From: Squalus acanthias
Taxonomy: Eukaryota
Length of the DNA: 64,000 bases
Direction of reading: 5' to 3'
NCBI GenBank assembly: GCA_030390025.1
Contig: CM059432.1
Coordinates: forward strand, 125,118,001-125,182,000
The position numbers were made by a program, and so were the translations under genes. Under the pieces are notes generated by a model that was not told where the DNA came from, ran no database searches, and saw nothing but the letters and a program-made list of their open reading frames with translations. This document shows positions 62,698 to 64,000 of this stretch, piece by piece (position 1 is the first letter of the stretch; every line of letters begins with the position of its first letter).

Positions 62698-62839
62698 AAT
62701 TTGCTTCAGGAAGTTGAACAGAAGCTGAAAGACACGCAGCCTCTTGTGAAAACACAGAAAAAAGGAAAAAGGATGCTTATCAAAGAGGTAGAGGGCTCTG
62801 ATGATGAGAAGGAAAGAGAATGTGATAATAGGAATAAAG
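62698..62839 (+). CDS. SPAG1: SPAG1 coding exon 9: NLLQEVEQKLKDTQPLVKTQKKGKRMLIKEVEGSDDEKERECDNRNK (3' boundary tentative; gene continues beyond window)
   Basis: TTTCAG acceptor; KGKRM.I.E.E.S.DE motif; candidate donor AAAG|GTGGGA at 62840. Confidence 0.85.
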
Positions 62840-63734
62840 GTGGGAATGGCCATCAGATTCTTATAAAGACAAATCTGATTTTTGTTTACCATTTTCTTAC
62901 CATATATCCATTGTACACCAACCTTAGGAAAACCAAATTTAGCAGCTCTAAAACTCCTAACATCAGATGCTTTTTATTATTGACTGGAAAGATAATCAGA
63001 TTTTCTAGACTGCTCAACGTTTGATCGTTGAGCAAAAATGCGAACTGTTGAAAAATGGACCGAGATGCTCAAACAGTTGGGATGCTTGTCTTGTTGCTTT
63101 TGTATCTTCACACTCTTCCCTTGGAGAATATTTTGAAGTAGTGGAAGGTTTTTCAGGCTGATTAACAGTCTGATAGGCCACTCCTTCCATTGCCGTAACC
63201 ATCATTGCCAGCTGCAGTTAGTCGTATACAGCTGGAGGGTTTTCTGGGCTCCCAAAACCCATCCGATGGGGGTGGCGGTGGAGCGACCCACTGGACAGCC
63301 GGGACTGTCTGGGATGGAGTTTGGCTACCACTAAGCCAAAGACTTGCTCCTAGACTGCTTTTGAACAATAGATATGCTTTTATAAAACATCCTTAACAGC
63401 TAAAATAGGAAAACATGCAGACTATAATTAAGAGTAGCCAGGAAATATGAATAAATTGTGCATATTTGGAAAAGATGGTAGCAGCATTGTTCAGCTTCAC
63501 AATCTTTTATTTTTGAAAAGTCAGTTACTTTTCTACACAACTACTTTCAATGTATTTCTTTGATCACTGTGGATTTGCACAATGTAAACTTTATAGTTTT
63601 GATTTATTCTGTATATAGTTTGTCAAGATTATAAATTATTGTTTGAGAAGATTACTGTGTGGTGCTGTTGTGCAAAGAAGGGCTGCTGTGTGACCGGGAC
63701 CTGGATTAACATGAGCAACAACTTCCATTTACAT

Positions 63735-64000
63735 AAAGAAAGACAGACTTCCATTTAAATAGTGCCTTATCACATCCTCAGGACATCACAAAGCACTCCA
63801 CAGCCAGTAAAGTTCTTTTGAAGTGCAGTTACTGTTATGTAGGGAAATGTGGCAGCCTAGTTTACACACAGCAAGGTCCCACAAACAGTAGTTAATATGA
63901 ATGACTAGTTAATCTGTTTTTGGTGGTGTTGACTGAAAGAATGTTAGCCAGGACGCTAGGAGAACTCCCTGCCTTTTTTCAAATAGTGCCGTGGGATCTT
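63735..64000 (-). mobile_element. Deu-domain SINE 3' part (runs off window)
   Basis: Reverse complement of ~37055-37322. Confidence 0.75.

Overview
Vertebrate genomic DNA. The repeat set (CR1 and L2 LINEs, Deu-domain tRNA-SINEs, Penelope-like elements) points to a cartilaginous fish (shark-like); this is an inference. Two host genes lie on the + strand. (1) The complete coding sequence of POLR2K/RPB12 (58 aa, coding exons 1006-1066, 5481-5573, 14791-14813); its last intron is a 9.2-kb U12-type (minor spliceosome) GT-AG intron. (2) The 5' part of SPAG1 (nine coding exons, 31794 to ~62839, ~365 codons, through the first TPR domain; the gene runs off the window). The probable SPAG1 promoter (~22.3-23.2 kb) contains an ~18-unit minisatellite made of CCAAT and GC boxes, plus a perfect palindromic RFX X-box. 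Most of the rest is transposon-derived. The most distinctive elements are fold-back (inverted-repeat) Penelope-like retroelements with target-site duplications and minimal hammerhead ribozymes whose stem I co-varies between copies, and a full-span two-gene PIF/Harbinger transposon nested in a CR1 with a Penelope hairpin inserted in its transposase. I cannot demonstrate a wholly new system from sequence alone. The ribozyme-bearing hairpin elements and the promoter minisatellite are the best leads. Almost all ORF-track entries are transposon fragments or noise.
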